Shown here: in pieces, positions 26,956-36,000 of the stretch | Layout of the letters: each line of letters begins with the position of its first letter | Position numbering within the stretch: the first letter of the stretch is position 1 | Virus record (IMG/VR): IMGVR_UViG_3300011113_000787 | Location: 47,269 to 111,268 of that record | From: a virus | Taxonomy: Duplodnaviria > Heunggongvirae > Uroviricota > Caudoviricetes | Direction: 5' to 3' (one strand) | Length of the DNA stretch: 64,000 nucleotides | The notes under the pieces: generated by a model | What the model was told of the DNA's origin: nothing | Database searches by the model: none | What the model saw: the letters and a program-made list of their open reading frames with translations, nothing else | Position numbers and translations under genes: made by a program

Positions 26956-27363
26956 TTAATCATTTGTCTTAGCGTCAATTGTCCCTCCAGCATCAAATGT
27001 ACTGAACTTAAGTCCAGCATATTGTGATAACTCAACCATTTTTACTCTTAAATCATGAAAATAGAGTTCACCATAACATTTATCCACCATTTCTTTATTA
27101 ATCGGACCACCATCCCACCCATTTTCAATCAAAGGAGTTTTATCTATAATAACATCACAATCATAATCAATAAAGTTCTCACTCATAGTGTATGGTCCCA
27201 TTTTTCTTTTTACTAAAACTTCAACAGATTTGTTTGTTTTAAATTCGAGAACATAGGGATATGATAGAGGCATAAGATTATCCCAAACCTTACTAAGAGT
27301 TTTAGTGTAGTCTTTGACTATATCCTTTTCCTCATATTCAGAAGTCCATCCCATACTATGCAC
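26956..27363 (-). CDS. hypothetical protein (135 aa)
   Basis: ORF coupled to upstream gene. Confidence 0.4.
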   Translation of the reverse strand: MHSMGWTSEYEEKDIVKDYTKTLSKVWDNLMPLSYPYVLEFKTNKSVEVLVKRKMGPYTMSENFIDYDCDVIIDKTPLIENGWDGGPINKEMVDKCYGELYFHDLRVKMVELSQYAGLKFSTFDAGGTIDAKTND

Positions 27364-28783
27364 CTACTTTCTTTACAACACCTGAGGTCCCTTGCTGCAC
27401 ATCTCTTGCCTTGGCACCTTGATAATCAAATTCACCTCTGGCGGTGTTAGCTCCTACATCCGCTACTTTCAGATACTTACCCTCATTATTATATTTGAAT
27501 AGTTTTTTTCCACCTAAGTACGCCAAATATAAATCACCATACGCTGTACCAAAATTCGAATCTACCCATCTCAAAAATTCTTCAGTAGGTCGTTCTTTAA
27601 ACCTACTGTTAGACTCTTTCTCAATATACTTTAATGTTGTTTTTTCTAATTCTTTTCCGACATATTCTCCAATTTCTTGTTCAGTCAATGCTGCAACTTT
27701 AGAAAAAACAGCAGGTTCAAATTTAGTTGCAAGAATTGTTGAAGTTCTGAGTAGTGTTGGTGATAATATTGAAGAAATTAATGAACCTACTTTTTGAGCA
27801 CTACCTTGTAAGTTTTTTGAAAACCACGCAACTATTTGAGTATAATAAGGTTCAATTTTAGAAATTAAGTTTGATACCCAATTAATCCCCATCCTGTCTT
27901 TCATAAATTTAGCAGCTTGTCCAAACCAGTACATGAGAGTTTTAAAACCTCCAATAATAATTTGAATAAATGGTTTTACTGAAGTTCCCGCATTACTTTT
28001 CATTAATGCAGCTAAGAAACCTTCAACAGAAGTGAAAACCTTGCCAGCAAAGGCGGATAAAGGTTTTCCTAAATAACCTGAACTTACACAACAAATAATA
28101 TCAATTAATAAATTACCTAAATAACCTGTGTTACCATTAACAACAACTTGATATAAATCATAAAGGCCCATTATACCCCAAACAATCGTAACCGCAACAG
28201 CACCCGCACCTGTAAAAGACAAAGCAATTTGTATTGCAGTTCCAACACCACTGAAAAGTGCCTGTCTGATGTTTTCCATCACATAAGTAAGACCTTTTTC
28301 TTTGATGTAGTTAATTGCATCCATTAAACCTGAGGTTGCTTGTTGATTATAAGTCTTCATAGCATTTCTTTCACTTTGAGACATAAACCTCGATTCAGGT
28401 TGTTCAACAAGGGTAACTTTCAAGGATTCTAATATGAAGTTATGGAGTCTTTCCAATTCTTTCGAAAAATCGTCTATGGATTCGTTAAGTACATTTAAAA
28501 ATTTGTTGTTAAAATTTTCTAAAATATTTGAGTTATTTCCAAACAACCCTAAAGCATAATCATTTTGAACATTTCTGAGGTAAATGTTCTTATCAACGCC
28601 AACAAGCATAGAGATTCTATGTAAGTGTACTCCCTTTTGAAACTCAAATTCTTCTTGTATGAATGAAAATTGTTCTGATAATTTTGTGGGACAGGCTTTT
28701 TTATATCTTTTTGGAACGAATTTATCGTGTAATCCTAAAATTCTATCTTTTTCGGACTCAGATATGATAAGTGAATTATTCAT
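27356..28783 (-). CDS. large membrane protein (475 aa) with Gly-zipper TM region and family N-terminal helix
   Basis: MNNSLIISESEKDRILGLH N-terminus; central GVGTAIQIALSFTGAGAVAVTIVWGIMG hydrophobic region; adjacent to the M23 peptidase gene. Confidence 0.5.
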   Translation of the reverse strand: MNNSLIISESEKDRILGLHDKFVPKRYKKACPTKLSEQFSFIQEEFEFQKGVHLHRISMLVGVDKNIYLRNVQNDYALGLFGNNSNILENFNNKFLNVLNESIDDFSKELERLHNFILESLKVTLVEQPESRFMSQSERNAMKTYNQQATSGLMDAINYIKEKGLTYVMENIRQALFSGVGTAIQIALSFTGAGAVAVTIVWGIMGLYDLYQVVVNGNTGYLGNLLIDIICCVSSGYLGKPLSAFAGKVFTSVEGFLAALMKSNAGTSVKPFIQIIIGGFKTLMYWFGQAAKFMKDRMGINWVSNLISKIEPYYTQIVAWFSKNLQGSAQKVGSLISSILSPTLLRTSTILATKFEPAVFSKVAALTEQEIGEYVGKELEKTTLKYIEKESNSRFKERPTEEFLRWVDSNFGTAYGDLYLAYLGGKKLFKYNNEGKYLKVADVGANTARGEFDYQGAKARDVQQGTSGVVKKVGA

Positions 28784-28801
28784 TGAATATAAATACCTCT
28801 A

Positions 28802-29419
28802 TTAAAATTTAAAATTGAATATAGACCCGAAGCCTGTGTCTTTGGTTAAATCTTCCTCATCATTGTCTACATCATCCGACGGTTGTGCTGTGCCTATGTT
28901 TACTTTATTGAGATTTATATTACCTCCGCATTTGATAGTACCATCATCGTTAATAAGTTCTCTGATGTTATGGCCCGACTCAATCCCAATATGTAAGTGG
29001 TCGTATGAACTTCCTGGGAAATCCATAACATAACCTAAGAGTTGACCACACTCAATCTTGTCTCCTTTGTTTACCTGTGGGTCTTTCAAGTGTGTATAAT
29101 AAACATCAGGTAAACCCTCATCACTTTTCACTGTGAATCCTGCACCAAATAATTTCTTTCCGTTTGTTTTGATTACCTTAGGACCATAGTCTTTGAATGT
29201 TACTACAGTTCCTGGTGCAACTGCATAAACAGGGTCCCCTATATCTGCTTTAATATCCCAAGCATTGTTACTTTGCCATCCTGATTGTCCTGCGTGAGCT
29301 CCATCTCTTGGTATTTTGATGTCGTTATCTCCCATTATTTTATCTGAGGCGTTTGGGGCTTCATTAATTCCTGACTTAATCAACCTTAATAGTTGTGACT
29401 CTGTTAAAATGTACTTCAT
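28802..29419 (-). CDS. M23 (LytM-type) metallopeptidase with family N-terminal helix motif
   Basis: MKYILTESQLLRLIKSGINE N-terminus; HAGQSGWQ..D..IGDPVYAVAPGTV...YYTHL...GQLLGYV...HLHIGIE = M23 HxxxD / HxH blocks. Confidence 0.65.
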   Translation of the reverse strand: MKYILTESQLLRLIKSGINEAPNASDKIMGDNDIKIPRDGAHAGQSGWQSNNAWDIKADIGDPVYAVAPGTVVTFKDYGPKVIKTNGKKLFGAGFTVKSDEGLPDVYYTHLKDPQVNKGDKIECGQLLGYVMDFPGSSYDHLHIGIESGHNIRELINDDGTIKCGGNINLNKVNIGTAQPSDDVDNDEEDLTKDTGFGSIFNFKF

Positions 29420-29421
29420 AA

Positions 29422-29751
29422 TTAAAATGATTTTTCAAAAAATTTCTTTGCTTCATATCTTGCGAGACTCTCTAAATAATTCTCTACGTCTCTATTATTA
29501 CCAAGGTAAGCCAAAATTCCCTCTTCAACACCCATTTCTTTATTACCCTCAGAATAAGCAATCTTATCATTTCTTAATTCATAGCAATGATATGAGATAT
29601 ATTCTTTTCTATCTTTATAGTGGACAATTACTTTAACACAAACACTTTTTCTGCCGTTGTGATTCCTGTAAGACCTAGCGATATCAACGGATACTCTCAT
29701 ACCCATCTGATTCATAAATTTTATGATTGATATTACAAAATCTCTGTCCAT
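29422..29751 (-). CDS. hypothetical protein (109 aa)
   Basis: ORF 3 nt upstream of M23 gene. Confidence 0.4.
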   Translation of the reverse strand: MDRDFVISIIKFMNQMGMRVSVDIARSYRNHNGRKSVCVKVIVHYKDRKEYISYHCYELRNDKIAYSEGNKEMGVEEGILAYLGNNRDVENYLESLARYEAKKFFEKSF

Positions 29752-29792
29752 ATCATATAAATACTCAAATAAAATTATGTTTTCTATAAAAT

Positions 29793-29816
29793 AAAAAAAG
29801 GGTCTTGTAAGACCCT
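29793..29816 (-). terminator. rho-independent terminator (minus strand)
   Basis: A7 + GGGTCTTGTAAGACCC. Confidence 0.55.
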
Positions 29817-29838
29817 TTCTTAATAATATTCTTTTGAA

Positions 29839-30246
29839 TTACAATCCCCAAGCTGGGTTAGCAATTATCAATTTTCCGTCTTCTACTCTTGGTAAATCAC
29901 CTAAGTCTTGATAACCTGCATATTCAATCTCATGAGGGAAGAATTTTTGACCATTAAACATGATATAATTGTCCCCTTCTTCTTCTTTTCCAATATGACT
30001 ATATCCGTGTTTTTTTAAATGTGTTTTTGCCGCGTCATCTACAGTTGGTCTACCAAAGTTCAAATCCCAAAAACTTTCTTTAGTTTCTTTTTTCTCAACT
30101 TTTTGTTCTACTAATGTTTTAACGTCACCGAGTCTTGATTTCACAAGTTTATTGAACTTCTCATTTGAAAGTTTCATTCCACCTGTATGCTGTTCGCGGA
30201 TTGCATTTTTCTCTTGCTCCGACAAATTATTTAAAAGATGCTTCAT
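29839..30246 (-). CDS. hypothetical protein (135 aa)
   Basis: N-terminus LSEQEKNAIREQH weakly family-like. Confidence 0.4.
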   Translation of the reverse strand: MKHLLNNLSEQEKNAIREQHTGGMKLSNEKFNKLVKSRLGDVKTLVEQKVEKKETKESFWDLNFGRPTVDDAAKTHLKKHGYSHIGKEEEGDNYIMFNGQKFFPHEIEYAGYQDLGDLPRVEDGKLIIANPAWGL

Positions 30247-30294
30247 AAAAATGTTTTTTTATATAAATAGTCAAATATCTTACAATATTTCGTT

Positions 30295-30669
30295 TTAATT
30301 CATCCACTTACTAATAACCTGACCATCAGGTCTTACTACCGCAAAACCAGTTTTTTTGTTTGGTTCGATACCGATATAAGGTAAAAACTTTTTGAAGTGA
30401 TAATCAACCAAGTAATGGGGGTCTAGCTCCTTATCATACATATTTTCTTCATCCATCTCGGGGTCATTCACATAAATTCTCAAAATAAAATAATTAATAT
30501 CCTCGAGTTCATAAACATCAATATGGTCTACCATAGGGTAGATATCTTTGATACTACTTTGGTTGACGTATTTTGTTAATGGTTTATTGATGTATTTGGC
30601 AACTTCATCCAATTTAGAATTTGCTATCTGATAATGTTTAACTGTAGGATATGTTATAGTTTCCTTCAC
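30295..30669 (-). CDS. hypothetical protein (124 aa)
   Basis: ORF in minus operon. Confidence 0.4.
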   Translation of the reverse strand: MKETITYPTVKHYQIANSKLDEVAKYINKPLTKYVNQSSIKDIYPMVDHIDVYELEDINYFILRIYVNDPEMDEENMYDKELDPHYLVDYHFKKFLPYIGIEPNKKTGFAVVRPDGQVISKWMN

Positions 30670-30672
30670 GTT

Positions 30673-31194
30673 TTATTTTGTTTCAGTTTTTTTCAGTTTG
30701 ATTTGGTTTCCCAAAATAGCCAATATTACACCTAAAACAATTGAAATCTGATTGTCCAAAAACCCACCTGCAATTTGAGGATATAATGTATCAATTAAAT
30801 AAGATATCGGTGCACCAAAAAGGGCAAGGTTTAAAAAACCAATTGATGCAAGAGTTCCGAATACGCCATTTTTGATTTTATCTTTAACACTAAGCTTTTC
30901 ATCATCTTCGGTCATTTCTAAAGAATTTTCCGAAGAAGTTGAATCAACTAAGTCATCAGCAATTGCTATTGCAGTCAATGGGTTAGTATTTGAACTTATT
31001 CCAATTGAACTTAGTCTATTTTGGACATTCGATAGTTCTTTAGGTGTTAACATGTCCAAGGCTTTATCTACCATTCTATTCAATTTTGGGGAATTAACGA
31101 TTTCAGATGCAAGTTCGAGTTGTTCTTGTTCTTTGATGACTCTTTTTACAAGTCTTGTTAAATCTGATTCAGTAAGTCTTATTATTCTACTCAT
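30673..31194 (-). CDS. family-B protein (RLTESDLTRLVKRVIKE) with C-terminal TM segments
   Basis: N-terminal motif; C-terminal hydrophobic helices. Confidence 0.45.
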   Translation of the reverse strand: MSRIIRLTESDLTRLVKRVIKEQEQLELASEIVNSPKLNRMVDKALDMLTPKELSNVQNRLSSIGISSNTNPLTAIAIADDLVDSTSSENSLEMTEDDEKLSVKDKIKNGVFGTLASIGFLNLALFGAPISYLIDTLYPQIAGGFLDNQISIVLGVILAILGNQIKLKKTETK

Positions 31195-31204
31195 AAAATA
31201 TTGA

Positions 31205-31492
31205 TTACATTCTATGTTTTATATACAAAATAACATCTCCGAGTCTATTCCAATCCTCGTCTTGAATAATATCTTTTAACCATGAAATAAGATAATCCTT
31301 TTTCTTCATCACTTCACCTCTCAGGTCACCAGAATAATCAGTAAGTCTTACATCTTCATCACCAGCTAAATCTTTTTGCAAATTACGTATTTGCTGAGTA
31401 CCATAACCGATTCTACGTTCGTCATCCTCTTTTATAATTCTCTTAACCAATTTTTGTAGGTCAGACTCGTTTAATTTCACAATTTTTGGCAT
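31205..31492 (-). CDS. family-B small protein (KLNESDLQKLVKRIIKE)
   Basis: N-terminal motif nearly identical to 30673 and 38698 proteins. Confidence 0.45.
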   Translation of the reverse strand: MPKIVKLNESDLQKLVKRIIKEDDERRIGYGTQQIRNLQKDLAGDEDVRLTDYSGDLRGEVMKKKDYLISWLKDIIQDEDWNRLGDVILYIKHRM

Positions 31493-31525
31493 AATAGTTC
31501 TTTTGTAATAAATACAACATATAAC

Positions 31526-31548
31526 AAAAAACCCTCCGAGTGGAGGGT
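31526..31548 (-). terminator. rho-independent terminator (minus strand)
   Basis: A6 + ACCCTCC gagt GGAGGGT. Confidence 0.55.
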
Positions 31549-31552
31549 TTAA

Positions 31553-31906
31553 TTAGTTTTGATAGGATTTGGGTGAAGGTAGGTCTGAATATTCACACCA
31601 TAACTCCTCACGTTTCTTTCTAAGGTCTTCTTTCACATCATCAGGAAAATATACTCCGTCAGATTCCATGTCTGCAATGGTCTTACTAACGGCCTTATAA
31701 AGGGTACGTTTTTCTTTTACTGGAATCTTCTCATCTTCAAATAACTTAGCCATCAAGTTGAAAAGGTAAACACGCGGCCCACCTTCCCTATGAATTTTGT
31801 AAGAGTTTTCATCAACACTACTAAGTTCTCTGTATACGACAACTCCGAACACAATGAACAAAGTGCTAATGATAGATGTAAGGATGAATATTTCTAAATT
31901 CTCCAT
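31553..31906 (-). CDS. membrane-anchored protein (117 aa)
   Basis: N-terminal TM IFILTSIISTLFIVFGVVVY. Confidence 0.4.
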   Translation of the reverse strand: MENLEIFILTSIISTLFIVFGVVVYRELSSVDENSYKIHREGGPRVYLFNLMAKLFEDEKIPVKEKRTLYKAVSKTIADMESDGVYFPDDVKEDLRKKREELWCEYSDLPSPKSYQN

Positions 31907-31909
31907 TTT

Positions 31910-32083
31910 TTATTTTCTTTTTGAATTGATAAAGTTGAGAAGTCCGAGGATTGTTGGTGGCCATAGACCAATAAAAATTGCTTTAAGTGGGTCACCATGA
32001 GATAGATAGATATATTCTGAGACGAAGATACATACCACACACAAAATTAAGATTCCGAGTTCGGAAATTGAGAATTTTTTCAT
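31910..32083 (-). CDS. small membrane protein (57 aa), not in ORF track
   Basis: ATG at 32083; two hydrophobic helices; stop TAA at 31910-31912. Confidence 0.3.
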   Translation of the reverse strand: MKKFSISELGILILCVVCIFVSEYIYLSHGDPLKAIFIGLWPPTILGLLNFINSKRK

Positions 32084-32190
32084 TTTTTTTAGTTTTTTAA
32101 TGAGTTGTTTACGTTTTCAATTGTGACCAAACCCAAATAGATAACAATCAAAATCACGAAAAGTTTTGTAAGACCGATACCTATCATATA

Positions 32191-32364
32191 TTATTTTTTT
32201 TCTTGTAGAGCCTCAACTAATACCCAACCAAAAAACATAATTCCTATTGGGAGATTCAAAGATACTGCAAAAGAAACAGATAATCCAATTCCGATTATAG
32301 TTTTTATATAACGGAGTCCATCACTAATAATTCGTTTTGCCCAAAAGTTATAAAAGTTATTCAT
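32191..32364 (-). CDS. small membrane protein (57 aa), not in ORF track
   Basis: ATG at 32364; two hydrophobic helices; ends ...EALQEKK. Confidence 0.3.
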   Translation of the reverse strand: MNNFYNFWAKRIISDGLRYIKTIIGIGLSVSFAVSLNLPIGIMFFGWVLVEALQEKK

Positions 32365-32374
32365 AATTGCACAC

Positions 32375-33319
32375 TTATTTCAAATTAAGTAATACGTTTC
32401 CATTTGAACCTAGCACGGTGGTTGGAACATCTCCTTTCCACTTTTGAACTTTGAGATAGTCAATGTAAAGTGGTGTAAGATATTGTTGTTCTTTCCTAAC
32501 AGCTTCCGCTCTACCTGAGGCAGCGATTACAGCTTGTGCCGAATCACCCTTAGCTCTGGCAATCTTTTCAAATGCCTCAGCTTCCGCAACTGCTTTACGT
32601 TGCATTGCCGCTTGGGCTTCTTGTACGGCTTTAGTTTTTTCTTCAATAGCTTTGGTAATCGCTGGTGGAGGGGCAATGTTTGTTCTCAATTGAGACACAG
32701 TGAACCACTTACCAACACGCTTATTACATTCAACAATGATGGCAGATTCAAATTCAGCTCTATGATTAAAAATTGAATCAACTGTGAATAAGTTTGCAAC
32801 ATCATTAACTGATGAAACAATTGCATTTCTTAACCAACCTTGTTCAACCGTTTTAATATCAACACGCAAGTTTTGAAACATTTGGTCTACTGCGGTTGGG
32901 TTTAATGAATAGTTGAAACTTGGTTTAATAGTTACTTGGAATCCACCCTTAGTGATTATGGTATTCTCTTCATAATCAATGTGTTGTTGGTAAACAGGGA
33001 ATTCATAGTACTGCTGAGTAAATGAGTTATATAAAACCCATCCACGTTTGTATTCAACCTTTGCCATACCACGGCTGTCTCCAATATTATCAACAAGAAT
33101 TGCAACTTTACCTGAGTCTACTCTTTCAACTTCATAAGGGTTTAAAATTGCAATGGTGAAGGCCGCAACCAAAGTGAGAACCGATTTGATTACTTGAGAG
33201 GTGTTTGTTTTTCTGTCTCCCCATTTATCTACTTCACCCAAGTAGTTTTTCATGTTAAATACTCCGAGGAATAGTCCCATTATTCCGAATACCAAAAGGA
33301 ACGTGATTAGTCCAATCAT
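32375..33319 (-). CDS. SPFH / band-7 (stomatin-prohibitin-HflK/C-like) membrane protein
   Basis: N-terminal TM, central SPFH-like region, Ala/Glu-rich coiled coil (AQAAMQRKAVAEAEAFEKIARAKG) typical of the family. Confidence 0.55.
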   Translation of the reverse strand: MIGLITFLLVFGIMGLFLGVFNMKNYLGEVDKWGDRKTNTSQVIKSVLTLVAAFTIAILNPYEVERVDSGKVAILVDNIGDSRGMAKVEYKRGWVLYNSFTQQYYEFPVYQQHIDYEENTIITKGGFQVTIKPSFNYSLNPTAVDQMFQNLRVDIKTVEQGWLRNAIVSSVNDVANLFTVDSIFNHRAEFESAIIVECNKRVGKWFTVSQLRTNIAPPPAITKAIEEKTKAVQEAQAAMQRKAVAEAEAFEKIARAKGDSAQAVIAASGRAEAVRKEQQYLTPLYIDYLKVQKWKGDVPTTVLGSNGNVLLNLK

Positions 33320-33573
33320 AATTTTTCTTTTTTATTGTTTTTTGATTTGTTTTCCAAAGTTGAGAAAATTTCTTGATAAAGTCCAATTGATATGACCATT
33401 ACCAAAGCACTTATGAGTAAAACTCCAATGAATTGAGCGTTCCTCAAGAATCCATATACACCGACTGCTGCAACAATCCATATGAAAATCGTGATAAGAA
33501 CGGCTTTGAATTTGTTTTCCATTTGATTTTTTTTATTTAACCAAAGAATAAAAAAAAAATTCTGAACAAACAA
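33316..33573 (-). CDS. small 2-TM membrane protein, NfeD-like partner candidate
   Basis: Stop overlaps SPFH start (ATGA); two hydrophobic helices; SPFH genes are typically paired with a small membrane partner. Confidence 0.35.
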   Translation of the reverse strand: MFVQNFFFILWLNKKNQMENKFKAVLITIFIWIVAAVGVYGFLRNAQFIGVLLISALVMVISIGLYQEIFSTLENKSKNNKKEKL

Positions 33574-33590
33574 AATTAGACGACCACTTT

Positions 33591-33770
33591 TTATTCCACA
33601 TCATTTATTTTATGAATTCCTATATTTCCCCCATGTTCATCCCTTTCAAGTTTAATATTATAGTCCATCATTCGTTTCAAAAAATCATCAAGTTTTTCTG
33701 GTTTAATTCCATACATCTTGGCAAGTTCCACATGATACTCAACATTAAAATTATCACCAAACTCTTTCAT
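33591..33770 (-). CDS. hypothetical small protein (59 aa), not in ORF track
   Basis: ATG 33770 to TAA 33591; fills gap between flanking genes. Confidence 0.3.
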   Translation of the reverse strand: MKEFGDNFNVEYHVELAKMYGIKPEKLDDFLKRMMDYNIKLERDEHGGNIGIHKINDVE

Positions 33771-33771
33771 A

Positions 33772-33957
33772 TTAATTTGTTAAATGTATCCCTTTAGCTC
33801 CACCCATTGCGGAACGAATCAGATGGATACGATATATTTCTTTGTAGTTCTCCATCGCGATTTCTTCTTCTTTAGTTAAAGGTGGACCTGTAGGAATCTT
33901 CCGAGTTTCAATTCGGATTAATTCAACAGGATATGAATTATTTTCATTCATATCCAA
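33772..33957 (-). CDS. hypothetical small protein (61 aa)
   Basis: ORF. Confidence 0.3.
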   Translation of the reverse strand: MDMNENNSYPVELIRIETRKIPTGPPLTKEEEIAMENYKEIYRIHLIRSAMGGAKGIHLTN

Positions 33958-33983
33958 AAAATAATGAAAAGAAATTAAAAAAC

Positions 33984-34010
33984 AAAAAAGGGTCTCACGG
34001 GACCCTTTTT
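33984..34010. terminator. bidirectional rho-independent terminator
   Basis: AAAAAA GGGTC tcacg GGACCC TTTTT. Confidence 0.55.
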
Positions 34011-34013
34011 CAT

Positions 34014-34826
34014 TTATATCTTATTTCCACAAGATGGACAGAACTTATAATTCTTTTTGACTTTAACACCACATTCCGTGCAGTATTGTCTTATTTCTTC
34101 AACGGTGGTATTTTTTGTTGAAATTGGTAAAATTTTATACTCAATAACATTTGTGGTATAGTATTCAAAGTTCTGATATGAATTTGTAAAAGTTTGGTTG
34201 GACTTTTCACCCTTTTCAACTCTACCTGTATCAATAGAATTTTTTGATTTCAGGTTTCTTGGTTTCCCGCTCAATAAAGTGTTGGATGTATCAAATTTAC
34301 TTCTAATATTTGGACCTGTAGGAGTGGTGTTGGAATAAAAACTTGTAGAGGTGTTAGACGCACCCATACTTGTTGTTACAAACATATTTCCTCCCATATA
34401 AGGTGTTCCCGTGTTTATTGTGCTCCAACCAGTGTTCCAACTACCGTTTGTAAGATGGATAGGATTAAATGATGGTGTTTGTTCATCATAAAACTCAATT
34501 CTCACATCTCCGTTCAAATCAATTGCACGTTTGTTTTCTGCAGTGTTTGCAACTTGATATACCGAAAACTTAAATTTATTTTGGGTATCCAAAAATCTTT
34601 CCAAAAATATTCTCTGACCTGGTTTTATTACAATACCACTTTGTGATATATAAAAACCATCAAGTTTGATTTTAACAAGAACCGATTTTTGTTTTGGATT
34701 GTAGAGTTCTAACTCAAAATTATCACCGTCGTTTAAGAAAACATTATGTCCCTTATAGATTTTTAGACGGGACTTCTTTTTGGTGATGTGCGCTGTGGGA
34801 TTACCCACTTGTGTTGTGTAATTCAT
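34014..34826 (-). CDS. hypothetical protein (270 aa) with C-terminal zinc ribbon
   Basis: C-terminus CTECGVKVKKNYKFCPSCGNKI (CxxC..CxxC). Confidence 0.5.
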   Translation of the reverse strand: MNYTTQVGNPTAHITKKKSRLKIYKGHNVFLNDGDNFELELYNPKQKSVLVKIKLDGFYISQSGIVIKPGQRIFLERFLDTQNKFKFSVYQVANTAENKRAIDLNGDVRIEFYDEQTPSFNPIHLTNGSWNTGWSTINTGTPYMGGNMFVTTSMGASNTSTSFYSNTTPTGPNIRSKFDTSNTLLSGKPRNLKSKNSIDTGRVEKGEKSNQTFTNSYQNFEYYTTNVIEYKILPISTKNTTVEEIRQYCTECGVKVKKNYKFCPSCGNKI

Positions 34827-34965
34827 TTTTTTTAATTTTACAATAGTTTAATTGACTATGTTACCAATCCCTTTGCATCCGTGAATACTCTACAGTCATT
34901 TAGACTGGGGACTAATAAACTAAAATCTACCAATAAATATCATGAATTATTTTTCAAAGACAATA

Positions 34966-35090
34966 GAAGACGACCCCTTTTTCTGAGATGGTTTCTACGA
35001 CGGGGGATATTCGGTCCGACGAAGTCGGTCGGGGACGGCGGTCGGAGGATTTCGGGGGAAAATACCGACGGAGTCGGTTTCGGTTTGCGA
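34966..35090. other. GC-rich intergenic island with two copies of hairpin CCGAC-NNA-GTCGG (possible structured RNA or protein-binding site)
   Basis: CCGACgaaGTCGG at 35016-35028 and CCGACggaGTCGG at 35065-35077 within a ~120-bp >60% GC patch in a ~33% GC genome. Confidence 0.35.
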
Positions 35091-35119
35091 ATACAGACCA
35101 AAAAGAAGAATAAAAGATA

Positions 35120-35452
35120 CTAATCCATATCCCAATTATAAATTATTTTTTTAACAGGAAGTCCCGAATTATCTTCAAACCATTTTACAAATACAGGTCT
35201 CCATCTATCACCAAATAAAGTATCAAGTTTGTTTTCAACCCATGTTCTAATTAATAGTTCCCCTCTTCCTTGTCCACGGTAAGCATATGCTCTTCTATCA
35301 TTAATTGCAAAATCATAAAACCCAAACTTTGCAATATCCTTTTTATAAAAGTCATGAAGCTCAGGTCCCCAATTATAATCGGGGTGATAATTTGTTGTTA
35401 GATATTCATAAATGAAATCATTAAGACGAGACTCGGATATAAGATATTTCAT
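35120..35452 (-). CDS. MKYLISE-family small protein (group A)
   Basis: MKYLISESRLNDFIYEYL N-terminus; C-terminus KWFEDNSGLPVKKI family block; TATTTATAATTA box upstream. Confidence 0.5.
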   Translation of the reverse strand: MKYLISESRLNDFIYEYLTTNYHPDYNWGPELHDFYKKDIAKFGFYDFAINDRRAYAYRGQGRGELLIRTWVENKLDTLFGDRWRPVFVKWFEDNSGLPVKKIIYNWDMD

Positions 35453-35478
35453 TAATTATAAATACCCTGACCCCCACT

Positions 35479-35646
35479 TCTAAAATTTGTGGGCATAAGA
35501 ATTAGTTATTAGTTTTTCGGCTCTATACTTTATACTATCGTGTTTTTTATACTCACGGTCCATGACCTCCTCAATCTCATCTTTCGGAACATTTGCAGCT
35601 TCAAGAAGTCTTCTTATAATTTCAATATCAATATGTTGCGTGGACA
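35479..35646 (-). CDS. small protein (55 aa), paralog of 35803..36000; not in ORF track
   Basis: MSTQHIDIEIIRRLLEAANVPKDEIEEV vs IDIEILTEVLRTANVSEEEIQV in neighbour. Confidence 0.35.
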
Positions 35647-35876
35647 TTTTTATTTGTTAAGTCATTTAATTCTCTATGTAATATATCAACTTGCTCCCTA
35701 CCCACTCTGATGTACATATACTTCATAAGGTCAGACATATCTGAGAGTTTTTTTATAGCATCTTCATACTTTTCCATAAACCCCTCGGGGAGACAATATG
35801 TATTATTTTTCGGTTCCATGTATTTGTTTTGTTCCTCCCATAAACTGTCTTTCAAATTCAGTGTCCTGTGAATCAA
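35628..35876 (-). CDS. hypothetical small protein (82 aa)
   Basis: ORF. Confidence 0.35.
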   Translation of the reverse strand: MIHRTLNLKDSLWEEQNKYMEPKNNTYCLPEGFMEKYEDAIKKLSDMSDLMKYMYIRVGREQVDILHRELNDLTNKNVHATY

Positions 35877-36000
35877 TTAGTTTTTCAATATTAACTTGAA
35901 TCTCTTCTTCTGAGACATTTGCAGTTCTTAATACTTCAGTTAATATCTCAATATCAATTTCGTTGGAGAGTTTTTTTGCGAGTAATTCTTCTACGGTCAT
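35803..36000 (-). CDS. small protein (65 aa), paralog of 35479..35646
   Basis: Shared IDIEI..L..ANV..EEI motif. Confidence 0.35.
   Translation of the reverse strand: MTVEELLAKKLSNEIDIEILTEVLRTANVSEEEIQVNIEKLIDSQDTEFERQFMGGTKQIHGTEK

Noticed and set aside
34881-35123. Plus-strand 80-aa ORF rich in Arg/Gly
   Set aside because: It is the translation of the GC-rich hairpin island; composition-driven and antisense to the local gene orientation.
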